DNA from: Acidimicrobiales bacterium
GTDB taxonomy: Bacteria > Actinomycetota > Acidimicrobiia > Acidimicrobiales > DATDAH01
Length of the DNA: 64,000 nt
Direction: 5' to 3'
NCBI GenBank assembly: GCA_016794585.1
Contig: JAEUJM010000026.1
Coordinates: 1,444-65,443 of the forward strand
Shown: positions 9,302 through 17,323 of the stretch, piece after piece
Layout of the letters: every line of letters begins with the position of its first letter
Numbering within the stretch: position 1 is the first letter of the stretch
The notes under the pieces: model-generated
What the model saw: the letters and a program-made list of their open reading frames with translations, nothing else
Told to the model about the DNA's origin: nothing
Databases searched by the model: none
Position numbers and translations under genes: made by a program

Positions 9302-9316
9302 GAGAACAACGTTATG
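9302..9316. promoter_or_regulatory. operator-like palindrome site 1 (GAGAAC-AAC-GTTATG)
   Basis: Member of a 5-copy motif family. Overlaps a -10-like TATGAT. ATG 9327 lies 11 nt downstream, so the transcript may be leaderless. Confidence 0.55.
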
Positions 9317-9326
9317 ATCTGCGCCC

Positions 9327-10745
9327 ATGGCCCTCCGCCCACGTCTCGTGCCCCTCGCCGTCGTCGTGCTGCTCGTGCTCGGCGCCGCCGCCTGCTCGTC
9401 ACGCGGTGAGGACGCGGCCCAGGAGGGGAGCGGCTCGGCCACGACCACGAGCGCACCCTCTGGCGCCGACGGCGAGACGTTCGGCACGCAGCCCTCGCAC
9501 TGCAGCGAGAGCGACGACGCCGGTGACACGACGACGACCGAGGCCGGCGGCGGCTCCGAGGACGCGAGCCAGACCACCGGGGTGAGCGACGACGCCATCG
9601 CCATCGGCACGATCTCCGATCCGGGGTTCACCGGACAGCCCGGGCTCAACCAGGAGCTCTTCGACGCCGGCCAGGCCTTCGTCGAGTGGTGCAACAGCCA
9701 GGGCGGCATCAACGGTCGGCCCATCGAGCTCACCGAGTACGACGCGGCCATCTTCGACTACGCCGCCAAGGTCACCGAAGCCTGCGGTGAGGTGCTCGCC
9801 CTCGTCGGCGGCGGTGGTGCCCAGGACACGGAGTGGTCCTCGACCGGCCAGGAGTGCGGCCTCGTCGACATCGCCGCCTACGCGGCCACGCCGGAGAAGG
9901 GTGGCCCGGCCGGCAACGACAGCGTCATCGAGCGGCGCACCGTGCAGCCGGCTCCGAACCCGCAGGACCGCTTCCCGGTGGGCGACATCCGCCTGCTGGC
10001 CGAGGAGCACCCCGGCGCCCTCGACCGCGTCGGGATCATGTACGCCGACTTCGGCACCCTGATCACCATCGCCGACCGCACCGCCGAGGCCTACGAGCAG
10101 GTGGGCGCCACCATCGTCTCCGAGCAGTCCTACAACGTCACCGGTGAGGCCAACTGGGCGCCCTTCGTCCAGAACCTGAAGGACGACGGGGTCGAATGGC
10201 TCAACTTCGTCGGCGACGGCACCTTCCTGGCGCAGCTCCAGCAGGCCATGGCCGAGGCCGACTACTCACCCGAGGTCATCGCGCAGGACGCCAACTTCTA
10301 CGACCAGGGCTACCTGGACGCCGCCGGTGACGCGGCCGAGGGCACCTTCGTCCGGTCCTCGTTCGTCCCCTTCGAGGAAGCCGACGAGAACCCGGCCGTG
10401 CAGCAGTACATCGACCTCGTCGAGGGCATCGACGGCGAAGTGGCCCTCCTCGGGGCCCAGAGCATGTCCGCCTGGCTGCTCTTCACCCAGGCGGCGGACG
10501 CCTGCGACGACGCGGGCACCTTGACCCGCGACTGCCTGCTCGAGGAGGCGGCCTCGGTGACCGAGTGGGACGGCGGCGGGCTCCACGCCCCCACGAACCC
10601 CTCCGAGAACGAGAGCGCTTCCTGCGTCATCGTCATGCAGGTCCAGGACGGGACGTTCGTCCGCCACCAGCCCCAAGACGAGACCTTCGCCTGCGGCGAC
10701 GACTACATCGCGCAGCTCGAGGGCGACTTCACCTCGTCCGACTGA
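9327..10745 (+). CDS. Liv-type (Peripla_BP_6-like) substrate-binding lipoprotein, orphan
   Basis: Signal peptide + lipobox 'LGAAAC', S/T/D/G-rich linker, then 'IAIGTISD...WCNSQGGINGRPIEL...ALVGGG'. Confidence 0.75.
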   Translation: MALRPRLVPLAVVVLLVLGAAACSSRGEDAAQEGSGSATTTSAPSGADGETFGTQPSHCSESDDAGDTTTTEAGGGSEDASQTTGVSDDAIAIGTISDPGFTGQPGLNQELFDAGQAFVEWCNSQGGINGRPIELTEYDAAIFDYAAKVTEACGEVLALVGGGGAQDTEWSSTGQECGLVDIAAYAATPEKGGPAGNDSVIERRTVQPAPNPQDRFPVGDIRLLAEEHPGALDRVGIMYADFGTLITIADRTAEAYEQVGATIVSEQSYNVTGEANWAPFVQNLKDDGVEWLNFVGDGTFLAQLQQAMAEADYSPEVIAQDANFYDQGYLDAAGDAAEGTFVRSSFVPFEEADENPAVQQYIDLVEGIDGEVALLGAQSMSAWLLFTQAADACDDAGTLTRDCLLEEAASVTEWDGGGLHAPTNPSENESASCVIVMQVQDGTFVRHQPQDETFACGDDYIAQLEGDFTSSD

Positions 10746-10767
10746 ACCGGTCGGTACCCTTCGTCCC

Positions 10768-11382
10768 GTGACGGACGCCGCCGACGCAGAGGCCGTTGAC
10801 GACGCGCCGGCTCCCCTCACGCGGGACCGGCTGCTCGAGCTCGCCGGTCAGGTGTTCGCTGACGAGGGCTACGCCGCGGTGTCCGTGCGCGATCTCGCCC
10901 GGCGCTCGTCGCTGACCACCGGCGCGATCTACGCCCACTTCCTGAACAAGGCCGACCTGCTCGTCGAGGCCATCGACGCGCGGGTCGACGCCGGGGTCGA
11001 GGCGCCCCGGGACATCGAGACGACCTTCCGCGCCTACCTCGAGGGTGTGGGCCGGCGCTATCCGGAGCGGGCCCAGCTCCGGGCACTGCTCCTCGAGGGG
11101 GCCGCGGCGGCTCGAGGTGATGCCGCAGTCCGCGAGCGGCTCAACCGCGAGCAGGAGCGTCGGCTGGAGTCGTGGATCGTCGAGTACGAGGCGGCGCAGG
11201 GCTCGGGCGAACTCGACCCCGACGTCGACATGCGCGCCGCGGTGATGATGCTCTGGGCCATCGAGCTCGGGCTCGGGGTGCTCGAAGCGTTCGCGATCGA
11301 CGCCCCCGACCCGGAAGCGTGGGCCGACCTGACCCGGCGGTTCATCGAGTCCATCGAGGGACCGTCCGGCCGCTCGGGCTGA
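10768..11382 (+). CDS. TetR/AcrR family transcriptional regulator
   Basis: HTH 'GYAAVSVRDLARRSSLTTGAIYAHFLNKADLL'. Confidence 0.85.
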   Translation: MTDAADAEAVDDAPAPLTRDRLLELAGQVFADEGYAAVSVRDLARRSSLTTGAIYAHFLNKADLLVEAIDARVDAGVEAPRDIETTFRAYLEGVGRRYPERAQLRALLLEGAAAARGDAAVRERLNREQERRLESWIVEYEAAQGSGELDPDVDMRAAVMMLWAIELGLGVLEAFAIDAPDPEAWADLTRRFIESIEGPSGRSG

Positions 11383-11405
11383 GGACGGCGGGCTGGCCCG
11401 CCCTC

Positions 11406-11420
11406 CATAACATCGTTATC
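11406..11420. promoter_or_regulatory. operator-like palindrome site 2 (CATAAC-ATC-GTTATC)
   Basis: Same arms as the other sites, different 3-nt spacer. -10-like TATCCT; GTG 11429 is 9 nt downstream. Confidence 0.5.
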
Positions 11421-11428
11421 CTCGGCTC

Positions 11429-12199
11429 GTGGATCCCACGACGTTCTCCTCCCTGTTCGACATGTCCGGCCGCGTGGTCATCGTGACCGGCGGCACCCGG
11501 GGCATCGGCCGGGCCCTCGCCGAGGGCTACGCCTGTGCCGGCGCCACCGTCGTGGTGGCCAGCCGCAAGGCCGAGGCCTGCGCCGAGACCGAGGCCCACC
11601 TGCGTTCGCTCGGCGTGGATGCCCTCGGCGTGCCCACCCACCTCGGCGACCTCGACGACCTCCAGGCCCTCGTCGACCGCACGGTCGACGCCTTCGGGGG
11701 GATCGACGTGGTCGTCAACAACGCGGCCACGGCCCTCGCCCAGCCGATCGAGGACTACACGGTGGAGGCCTGGGAGAAGTCGCTCGACGTGAACCTCCGC
11801 GGTCCTGTCTTCCTCACCACCAAGGCCCTCCCGCACCTGAAGGCGAGCGAGCACGCCGCGGTGCTCAACATCCTCTCCGGCGCGGCGTTCATGTTCTCGC
11901 CCAACATCTCCCTCTACGCCACGGGCAAGGCCGGGCTGCTCGCCCACACGCGCTCGGCGGCGGCGGAGTTCGCCCCGTTCGGCATCCGCGTGAACGCCCT
12001 CGCCCCGGGCACGGTGAACACCGACATGGTGCGGGCGAACTCGCCCGACCGTCAGGAGATGATGAGCCAGATCATGCTGCTGAAGCGCATGGCCGGCCCC
12101 GATGAGATCGTCGGGCCCGCCCTCCTGCTCACCTCCGACGCCGGCAGCTTCATCACCGGCCAGGCCCTGCTCGTCGACGGCGGCATGGTGCCGCACTGA
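11429..12199 (+). CDS. SDR family oxidoreductase
   Basis: 'VVIVTGGTRGIGRA', 'NNAA' and 'YATGKAG' catalytic motif. Confidence 0.85.
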   Translation: MDPTTFSSLFDMSGRVVIVTGGTRGIGRALAEGYACAGATVVVASRKAEACAETEAHLRSLGVDALGVPTHLGDLDDLQALVDRTVDAFGGIDVVVNNAATALAQPIEDYTVEAWEKSLDVNLRGPVFLTTKALPHLKASEHAAVLNILSGAAFMFSPNISLYATGKAGLLAHTRSAAAEFAPFGIRVNALAPGTVNTDMVRANSPDRQEMMSQIMLLKRMAGPDEIVGPALLLTSDAGSFITGQALLVDGGMVPH

Positions 12200-12230
12200 C
12201 GGCCCGCTGCGCGGCGCCCGCCGGTGAACC

Positions 12231-14894
12231 TCAGATGGCCGCCCGGTCTGGGAGAAATTCGCCGACGGCGCAGGAGTAGCCCGCGGTGCCGGGGCCCTGC
12301 TCGTGGCGCTGCCCGTCGGGAAGGACGACGTCGGCGAAGGCGCCGGGCGGGACCTCGACGTCGAGGTCGAAGCGGCCGGTCTCGATCCGCCAGGCGGATC
12401 GGGCGCGGCCGCGCCGGCTGTCGTGGACCGCCTCCGCGTGGGTCAGGCCGCCCCCGGGCAGGGGCGCCACGGTGAAGCGCTCGTACGCGGGGTGGTCGGG
12501 GTCGGGCCGGAGCCCGGCGACGTGGCGGTGCAGGAAGGTGACGACGGCACCCTTGCTGTAGTGGTTGAGCGAGCCGTCGCCCTGGGCGTCGACGCCCTCC
12601 CAGTGCTCCCAGATCGTGGTCGCCCCGCGATCGACCATCGCCAACCACGACGGCGGCGTGTCCTGGAACAGGAGGCGGTAGGCGAGGTCGAGGTGGCCGT
12701 GGTCGGCCAGCACGGGCAGCAGGTACGGCGTGGCCAGGAACCCCGTGGTGAGATGGTCGCCGGCGGCGTGGACGAGCTCGGCGAGTCGGTCGGCCGTCGC
12801 CGCCCGCAGGTCGTCGGGGACGAGGTCGAACGCCAAGGCCCGCACCAGGTTCGGCTGCGTGTCCGGGGCGATCCGCCCGTCGTCGGCGATGAACTCTGCC
12901 CGCCATGCCGCGAGGCTGCGGTCGGCGAGCTCCCGGTAGCGCTCCGCCTCCTTGTAGCGGCCGAGGAGGCCGGCGATCTGGCCGAGCCGCCGGGCGGACA
13001 GGTGCAGGTAGGCCGTGGCCACGTCGGCGAGGTCGGCCTCCCGGGTGAAGACGGTGGTGGGATCCGAGTCGGGCTCGCACCACTCGCCCCAGTGGAAGCC
13101 GGTGTCCCAGAGGTACGTCTCGTGGTCGGCCGGCTCGGGTCGGCTCGCCGCTCGGGTCGGGTGGCGGTCGTTCGCGGCCGTCGTCGCCGCGAAGTCGACC
13201 CAGGCGGCCATCGAGTCGAACTGCTCGGTGAGGAACCGCTCGTCGCCGTACTCGACCCACATCTCCCAGGGCACGAGCACGGCAGCATCGCCCCAGCCAG
13301 AGGAACCGGTCATGAAGCGGGCGAGGTCGTGGTCGTACGCCGCAGGGCCGGCGGGGTCCGGCGTGAAGTTGGGGACGCGGCCGTCAGGCCACTGGTCGGC
13401 GCGCAGGTCGCGCAGCCATTTGGCCGAGAAGCCGGCCACGTCGTAGAGGAAGGCGGCCGTGGGGGCGAAGATCTGCCAGTCGCCGGTCCAGGGCGCCCGC
13501 TCGCGCTGCGGGCAGTCGGTGGGCACGTCGCAGGCGTTGTCCCGGAAGCTCCAGATGGCGGCCTCGTGCAGCCGCTCGAGGCGGTCGTCGCTGCACGAGA
13601 ACCAGCCCGTCCGCACGAGGTCGGTGTGGACCACGACACCGGTGACGTCGTCGGCGGTCAGGGGCGCCTCGTGGCCGTCGACCTGGACGTACTGGAAGCC
13701 GTGGGTCGTGTGCCGGGGCTCGAAGGTGTCCGTGGGCTCGCCGCGCGAGACGACCTGATCGACCTGGCCGGGCGACAGCGCCTCCTGCTTCATGAAGTCG
13801 AACGGCACCAGGTGGTCGAGGGTCACGCGGCCGGCCTCGTCGAGCATCTCCCCGTGGGTGAGCGTGGTCGTGGCGCCGGCGGGGCCGAGCGAGCTCAGGC
13901 GCACCCAACCGTTGATGTTCTGACCGAGGTCGACGACGTCGACCGCGCCGGCCCCGTCGCCGACCCGGGTCACCGAGAGGGGACGCAACTCCTCGGTCCG
14001 GCGCACCGGCGGCGCCGGCGAGGACGTCAACGTGGCGAAGCCGAGGTCGTCACGCGCCGCGCACGGCCGCCAGCCGTCGCGGTCGCCGAACCCCGGCGTC
14101 GACCACCCGTCCTGTCGGAGACGGAGGTCGGCGGCCTCGCCGTCGATGAGGTCGGCGCGCACGATCTCGCCGGTCGAGGACCGCCAGTCCGGCCCGGTGC
14201 CGACGACGACGCGGCCGCCGTCATCGAGCTCCACCACCACCTGGACGAGCAGCGCGACCTGCGATCCGAAGCAGTCGTGCTCACGGGTGAACCCGTTCTT
14301 GCCGCGGAACCACCCGTCGCTCAGTACGGCGCCGACGGCGTTCGGCCCGGGCCCGACCAGGTCGGTGAGGTCGTAGGTCTGGACGTCGAGGTTCGCCCGG
14401 TAGGCGGTCGACCCGGGTGCCAGCTCGATGTCGCCGGCGCGGCGGTTGTTCACGAACAGCTCGTACAGACCGTGCGCGGTGGCGTAGGCGCGGGCCCGGG
14501 CCACCGTGGCCTCGGCGGGCAGGTCGAAGGTGGCGCGCAGCAGTTGGGCCGGGCGCTCGCCCGCGGGGGCGACCTCACCCTCGGCAGGGGAGATCCACGA
14601 CGCGGACCAGTCGCTCGGGTGGAGCAGGCCCGTCTCCCACGTCGAGGTGTCCGACCAGTCGCTCTCACCGGCGTCGGTCCAGACCTTGACCTGCCACGTC
14701 ACGCTCTCCCCGGATCCGACCCCGGGGCCGGGCCAGGGGACCCCGATGTGTCGCTCACCCTCGATCCGGCCGGACTCCCACCCGTCGGCCCGGACGGCGA
14801 AGGCCTCCTGGCGCGCTGCGCCGGCGGGCAGCCACCAGGAGAGGCGCGGCGCCGCCACGGCGAGGCCCAGCGGTGCGACGAGGTGTTCGACCAT
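12231..14894 (-). CDS. alpha-L-rhamnosidase (GH78), apparently cytoplasmic
   Basis: 'DCPQRERAPWTGDWQ' and the overall GH78 domain order. Start taken at MVEHLVAPLG (ATG 14894). No signal peptide seen. Confidence 0.8.
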   Translation of the reverse strand: MVEHLVAPLGLAVAAPRLSWWLPAGAARQEAFAVRADGWESGRIEGERHIGVPWPGPGVGSGESVTWQVKVWTDAGESDWSDTSTWETGLLHPSDWSASWISPAEGEVAPAGERPAQLLRATFDLPAEATVARARAYATAHGLYELFVNNRRAGDIELAPGSTAYRANLDVQTYDLTDLVGPGPNAVGAVLSDGWFRGKNGFTREHDCFGSQVALLVQVVVELDDGGRVVVGTGPDWRSSTGEIVRADLIDGEAADLRLRQDGWSTPGFGDRDGWRPCAARDDLGFATLTSSPAPPVRRTEELRPLSVTRVGDGAGAVDVVDLGQNINGWVRLSSLGPAGATTTLTHGEMLDEAGRVTLDHLVPFDFMKQEALSPGQVDQVVSRGEPTDTFEPRHTTHGFQYVQVDGHEAPLTADDVTGVVVHTDLVRTGWFSCSDDRLERLHEAAIWSFRDNACDVPTDCPQRERAPWTGDWQIFAPTAAFLYDVAGFSAKWLRDLRADQWPDGRVPNFTPDPAGPAAYDHDLARFMTGSSGWGDAAVLVPWEMWVEYGDERFLTEQFDSMAAWVDFAATTAANDRHPTRAASRPEPADHETYLWDTGFHWGEWCEPDSDPTTVFTREADLADVATAYLHLSARRLGQIAGLLGRYKEAERYRELADRSLAAWRAEFIADDGRIAPDTQPNLVRALAFDLVPDDLRAATADRLAELVHAAGDHLTTGFLATPYLLPVLADHGHLDLAYRLLFQDTPPSWLAMVDRGATTIWEHWEGVDAQGDGSLNHYSKGAVVTFLHRHVAGLRPDPDHPAYERFTVAPLPGGGLTHAEAVHDSRRGRARSAWRIETGRFDLDVEVPPGAFADVVLPDGQRHEQGPGTAGYSCAVGEFLPDRAAI

Positions 14895-14943
14895 CAGGCG
14901 GGTCGGTGCAGGCACGAAAGCGCTCCGAGGTTCGGGAACAGTG

Positions 14944-14958
14944 GATAACAACGTTATC
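14944..14958. promoter_or_regulatory. operator-like palindrome site 3 (GATAAC-AAC-GTTATC, perfect)
   Basis: 50 nt upstream of the rhamnosidase ATG, in the divergent region shared with the ABC operon. Confidence 0.55.
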
Positions 14959-15011
14959 TGAGGTCGTTGCGTGCTGCGGGGTCGTCGGGGCGGCCCGACG
15001 GGCACGGCCGT

Positions 15012-15026
15012 CAGAACAACGTTATC
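15012..15026. promoter_or_regulatory. operator-like palindrome site 4 (CAGAAC-AAC-GTTATC)
   Basis: 68 nt from site 3. -10-like TATCTT facing the ABC operon. Confidence 0.5.
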
Positions 15027-15060
15027 TTTCTGTTGTCAGGCGCCGCCTGTCGGTTTATGT

Positions 15061-15082
15061 TTGATCGAACAGATTCGATCAA
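15061..15082. promoter_or_regulatory. perfect 9-4-9 inverted repeat TTGATCGAA-CAGA-TTCGATCAA
   Basis: Lies in the rhamnosidase/ABC divergent region. Shares the 12-mer TGATCGAACAGA with the rhaI/deoR divergent region (31136..31147). Confidence 0.55.
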
Positions 15083-15117
15083 CCGGCCGGAGCGGGCGGC
15101 CGGCAGGGGGGAACGCG

Positions 15118-17322
15118 TTGAGCCAGCCGGCCACCACCACCGACGAGGGAGCGCCGGGGCTCGCCGCCGGCATCCTCGAGCGGGAGGCCGAGCGCGAGGC
15201 GGCGGCCGCGGGGGAGCCGGTCCTGTTCGCCGACGACCTCCTGCCCGGCGTCGGCGGCCAGGAGCTGTCCTTTCGACAGGGCCTCGCCGTCGGCGGCCGC
15301 TTCACCTTCCTGGTGCTCCTCGCCCTGGTCGCGCTCGACGAGCTCGAAGGGGCCGCGCTCGGTGTGCTGGCGCCGGACATCCGCGACACCTTCGGCATGA
15401 GCAACGGCGCCATCGTGTTCCTGAGCGCCGCCGCGGGTGGGTTCCTGGTCCTCGGCGCCCTGCCCATGGGGATGCTGGCCGACCGCTTCAAGCGGGGGCC
15501 GATCATCGCGTGGGCGAACATCGCCTTCTCGGTGATGGTGTTCTGCTCCGGGCTGGCGGTGAACGCCTTCAGCCTCTTCTGGGCCCGGTTCGGCGTCGGC
15601 GTGGCGAAGGCCAACTCGCTGCCGGTGCACGGCTCGCTGATCGCCGACGCCTACCCGATCGGCATCCGCGGCCGGATCTCGTCGCTGCTCACCGCCTCCG
15701 CGCGGATCTCGGGAGCCCTGAGCCCGCTGATCGTGGGCGGGATCGCCGCGCTCGCCGGCGGCGTCGAGGGGTGGCGGTGGGCCTACTTCATCCTCGGCCT
15801 GCCCGTCGCGGTGGCCGCCGCCGTCGCCTTCCGCCTGCCGGAGCCACCTCGCGGCCAGTTCGAGATGGCCGATGTCCTCGGCGAGGTCATCGAGGACGAG
15901 CGCCCCGCCCCCGTCTCGGTCGAGGCCGCCTTCTCCCGCCTGATGCAGATCCGCACGCTGCGCACGGTCATCCTGGCCTTCGCGGCGATGGGCTTCGGGC
16001 TCTTCACCGGGCCGGTCCTGACGAACCTGTTCGTCGAGGAGCGCTACGGGCTCGACGCCCTCGAGCGGGGCCTGCTCGGCACCGTGGGCGGCGTCGCGCT
16101 GATCGCGGTGCTCCCCTTCGTGGGGCGCTACTACGACCGGCTCTACCGCCGGGACCCGTCGCGGGCCCTCGCCCTGATCGGCCTGCTCGTCCTCCCGGCC
16201 GCGTTGCTGACGCCGGTGCAGTACTTCATGCCGAACGCCGTCCTCTTCGCCATCGTGGGCCTCCCGCAGCTCGTCCTGCTGTCCACCGCGTTCGCGCTCG
16301 TCGGCCCGGTGTTGCAGTCGGTGGTGCCGTACCGGCTCCGCGGCCTCGGCTCGGCCCTCGGCGCGATCTACATCTTCTTCGTGGGTGCCACCGGCGGTGC
16401 GCTGCTCGCCGCGCTCCTGACGAACCTGTACGGCGTGCGGGCCGCGGTGCTCCTGCTCATGGTTCCCTCCACGCTCATCGGTGGGCTGCTCGTGCTGCGG
16501 AGCTCGACCTTCATCCGCAACGACCTCAGCCTCGTCGTCGAGGAGCTCCGCGAGGAGATGGCCGAGCACGAGCGGCAGCAGGCGGAACCCGACGGCATCC
16601 CCCTGCTGCAGGTCAACGACCTCGACTTCTCCTACGGGCCGGTCCAGGTGCTGTTCGACGTCGGGTTCGAGGTCCGGCGGGGCGAGGTGCTGGCCCTCCT
16701 GGGCACCAACGGCGCCGGGAAGTCCACGGTGCTCCGGGTGATCGCCGGCCTCGGCACCCCCAGCCGGGGCGTGGTGCGCCTCGGTGGCCGCAACATCACC
16801 TATGTCTCGCCGGAGCGGCGCAGCACCCTCGGCATCCACCTGCTCCAGGGCGGCAAGGGCGTGTTCCCCGACCTCTCGGTCCGCGACAACCTCGAGATGG
16901 CCGGCTTCGCCTACCGCCGGGACCATGTCGCCCTCGCCGCCAAGATCGAGCACGTCCTGGGGCTGTTCCCGGACCTCGCCGAGCGCCTCGACCAGCCGGC
17001 CGGCTCCCTGTCGGGCGGCCAGCAGCAGATGCTGGCGCTCGCCCTCGTGCTCCTGCACGACCCCGAGGTGCTCATCATCGACGAGCTGTCTCTCGGGCTG
17101 GCCCCGGTCGTCGTGCAACAGCTCCTCGAGGTCGTCGAGGCGCTCAAGGCCGAGGGCCTGACCATCGTGGTCGTCGAGCAGTCGCTCAACGTGGCCCTTG
17201 CCATCGCCGACCGGGCCGTGTTCATGGAGAAGGGCCAGGTGCGCTTCGAGGGCGTCGCCGCCGAGCTGGCCGAGCGCGACGACCTGGTGCGCGCCGTGTT
17301 CCTGGGCGCCGAGGGCGGCTGA
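15118..17322 (+). CDS. fusion protein: N-terminal 12-TMS MFS domain + C-terminal LivF-type ABC ATPase
   Basis: TTG start after GGGGGGA. MFS motif A 'GMLADRFKRGPII'. C-terminus carries Walker A 'GTNGAGKST', signature 'LSGGQQQ' and Walker B 'LIIDELSLGL'. Confidence 0.75.
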   Translation: MSQPATTTDEGAPGLAAGILEREAEREAAAAGEPVLFADDLLPGVGGQELSFRQGLAVGGRFTFLVLLALVALDELEGAALGVLAPDIRDTFGMSNGAIVFLSAAAGGFLVLGALPMGMLADRFKRGPIIAWANIAFSVMVFCSGLAVNAFSLFWARFGVGVAKANSLPVHGSLIADAYPIGIRGRISSLLTASARISGALSPLIVGGIAALAGGVEGWRWAYFILGLPVAVAAAVAFRLPEPPRGQFEMADVLGEVIEDERPAPVSVEAAFSRLMQIRTLRTVILAFAAMGFGLFTGPVLTNLFVEERYGLDALERGLLGTVGGVALIAVLPFVGRYYDRLYRRDPSRALALIGLLVLPAALLTPVQYFMPNAVLFAIVGLPQLVLLSTAFALVGPVLQSVVPYRLRGLGSALGAIYIFFVGATGGALLAALLTNLYGVRAAVLLLMVPSTLIGGLLVLRSSTFIRNDLSLVVEELREEMAEHERQQAEPDGIPLLQVNDLDFSYGPVQVLFDVGFEVRRGEVLALLGTNGAGKSTVLRVIAGLGTPSRGVVRLGGRNITYVSPERRSTLGIHLLQGGKGVFPDLSVRDNLEMAGFAYRRDHVALAAKIEHVLGLFPDLAERLDQPAGSLSGGQQQMLALALVLLHDPEVLIIDELSLGLAPVVVQQLLEVVEALKAEGLTIVVVEQSLNVALAIADRAVFMEKGQVRFEGVAAELAERDDLVRAVFLGAEGG

Positions 17323-17323
17323 C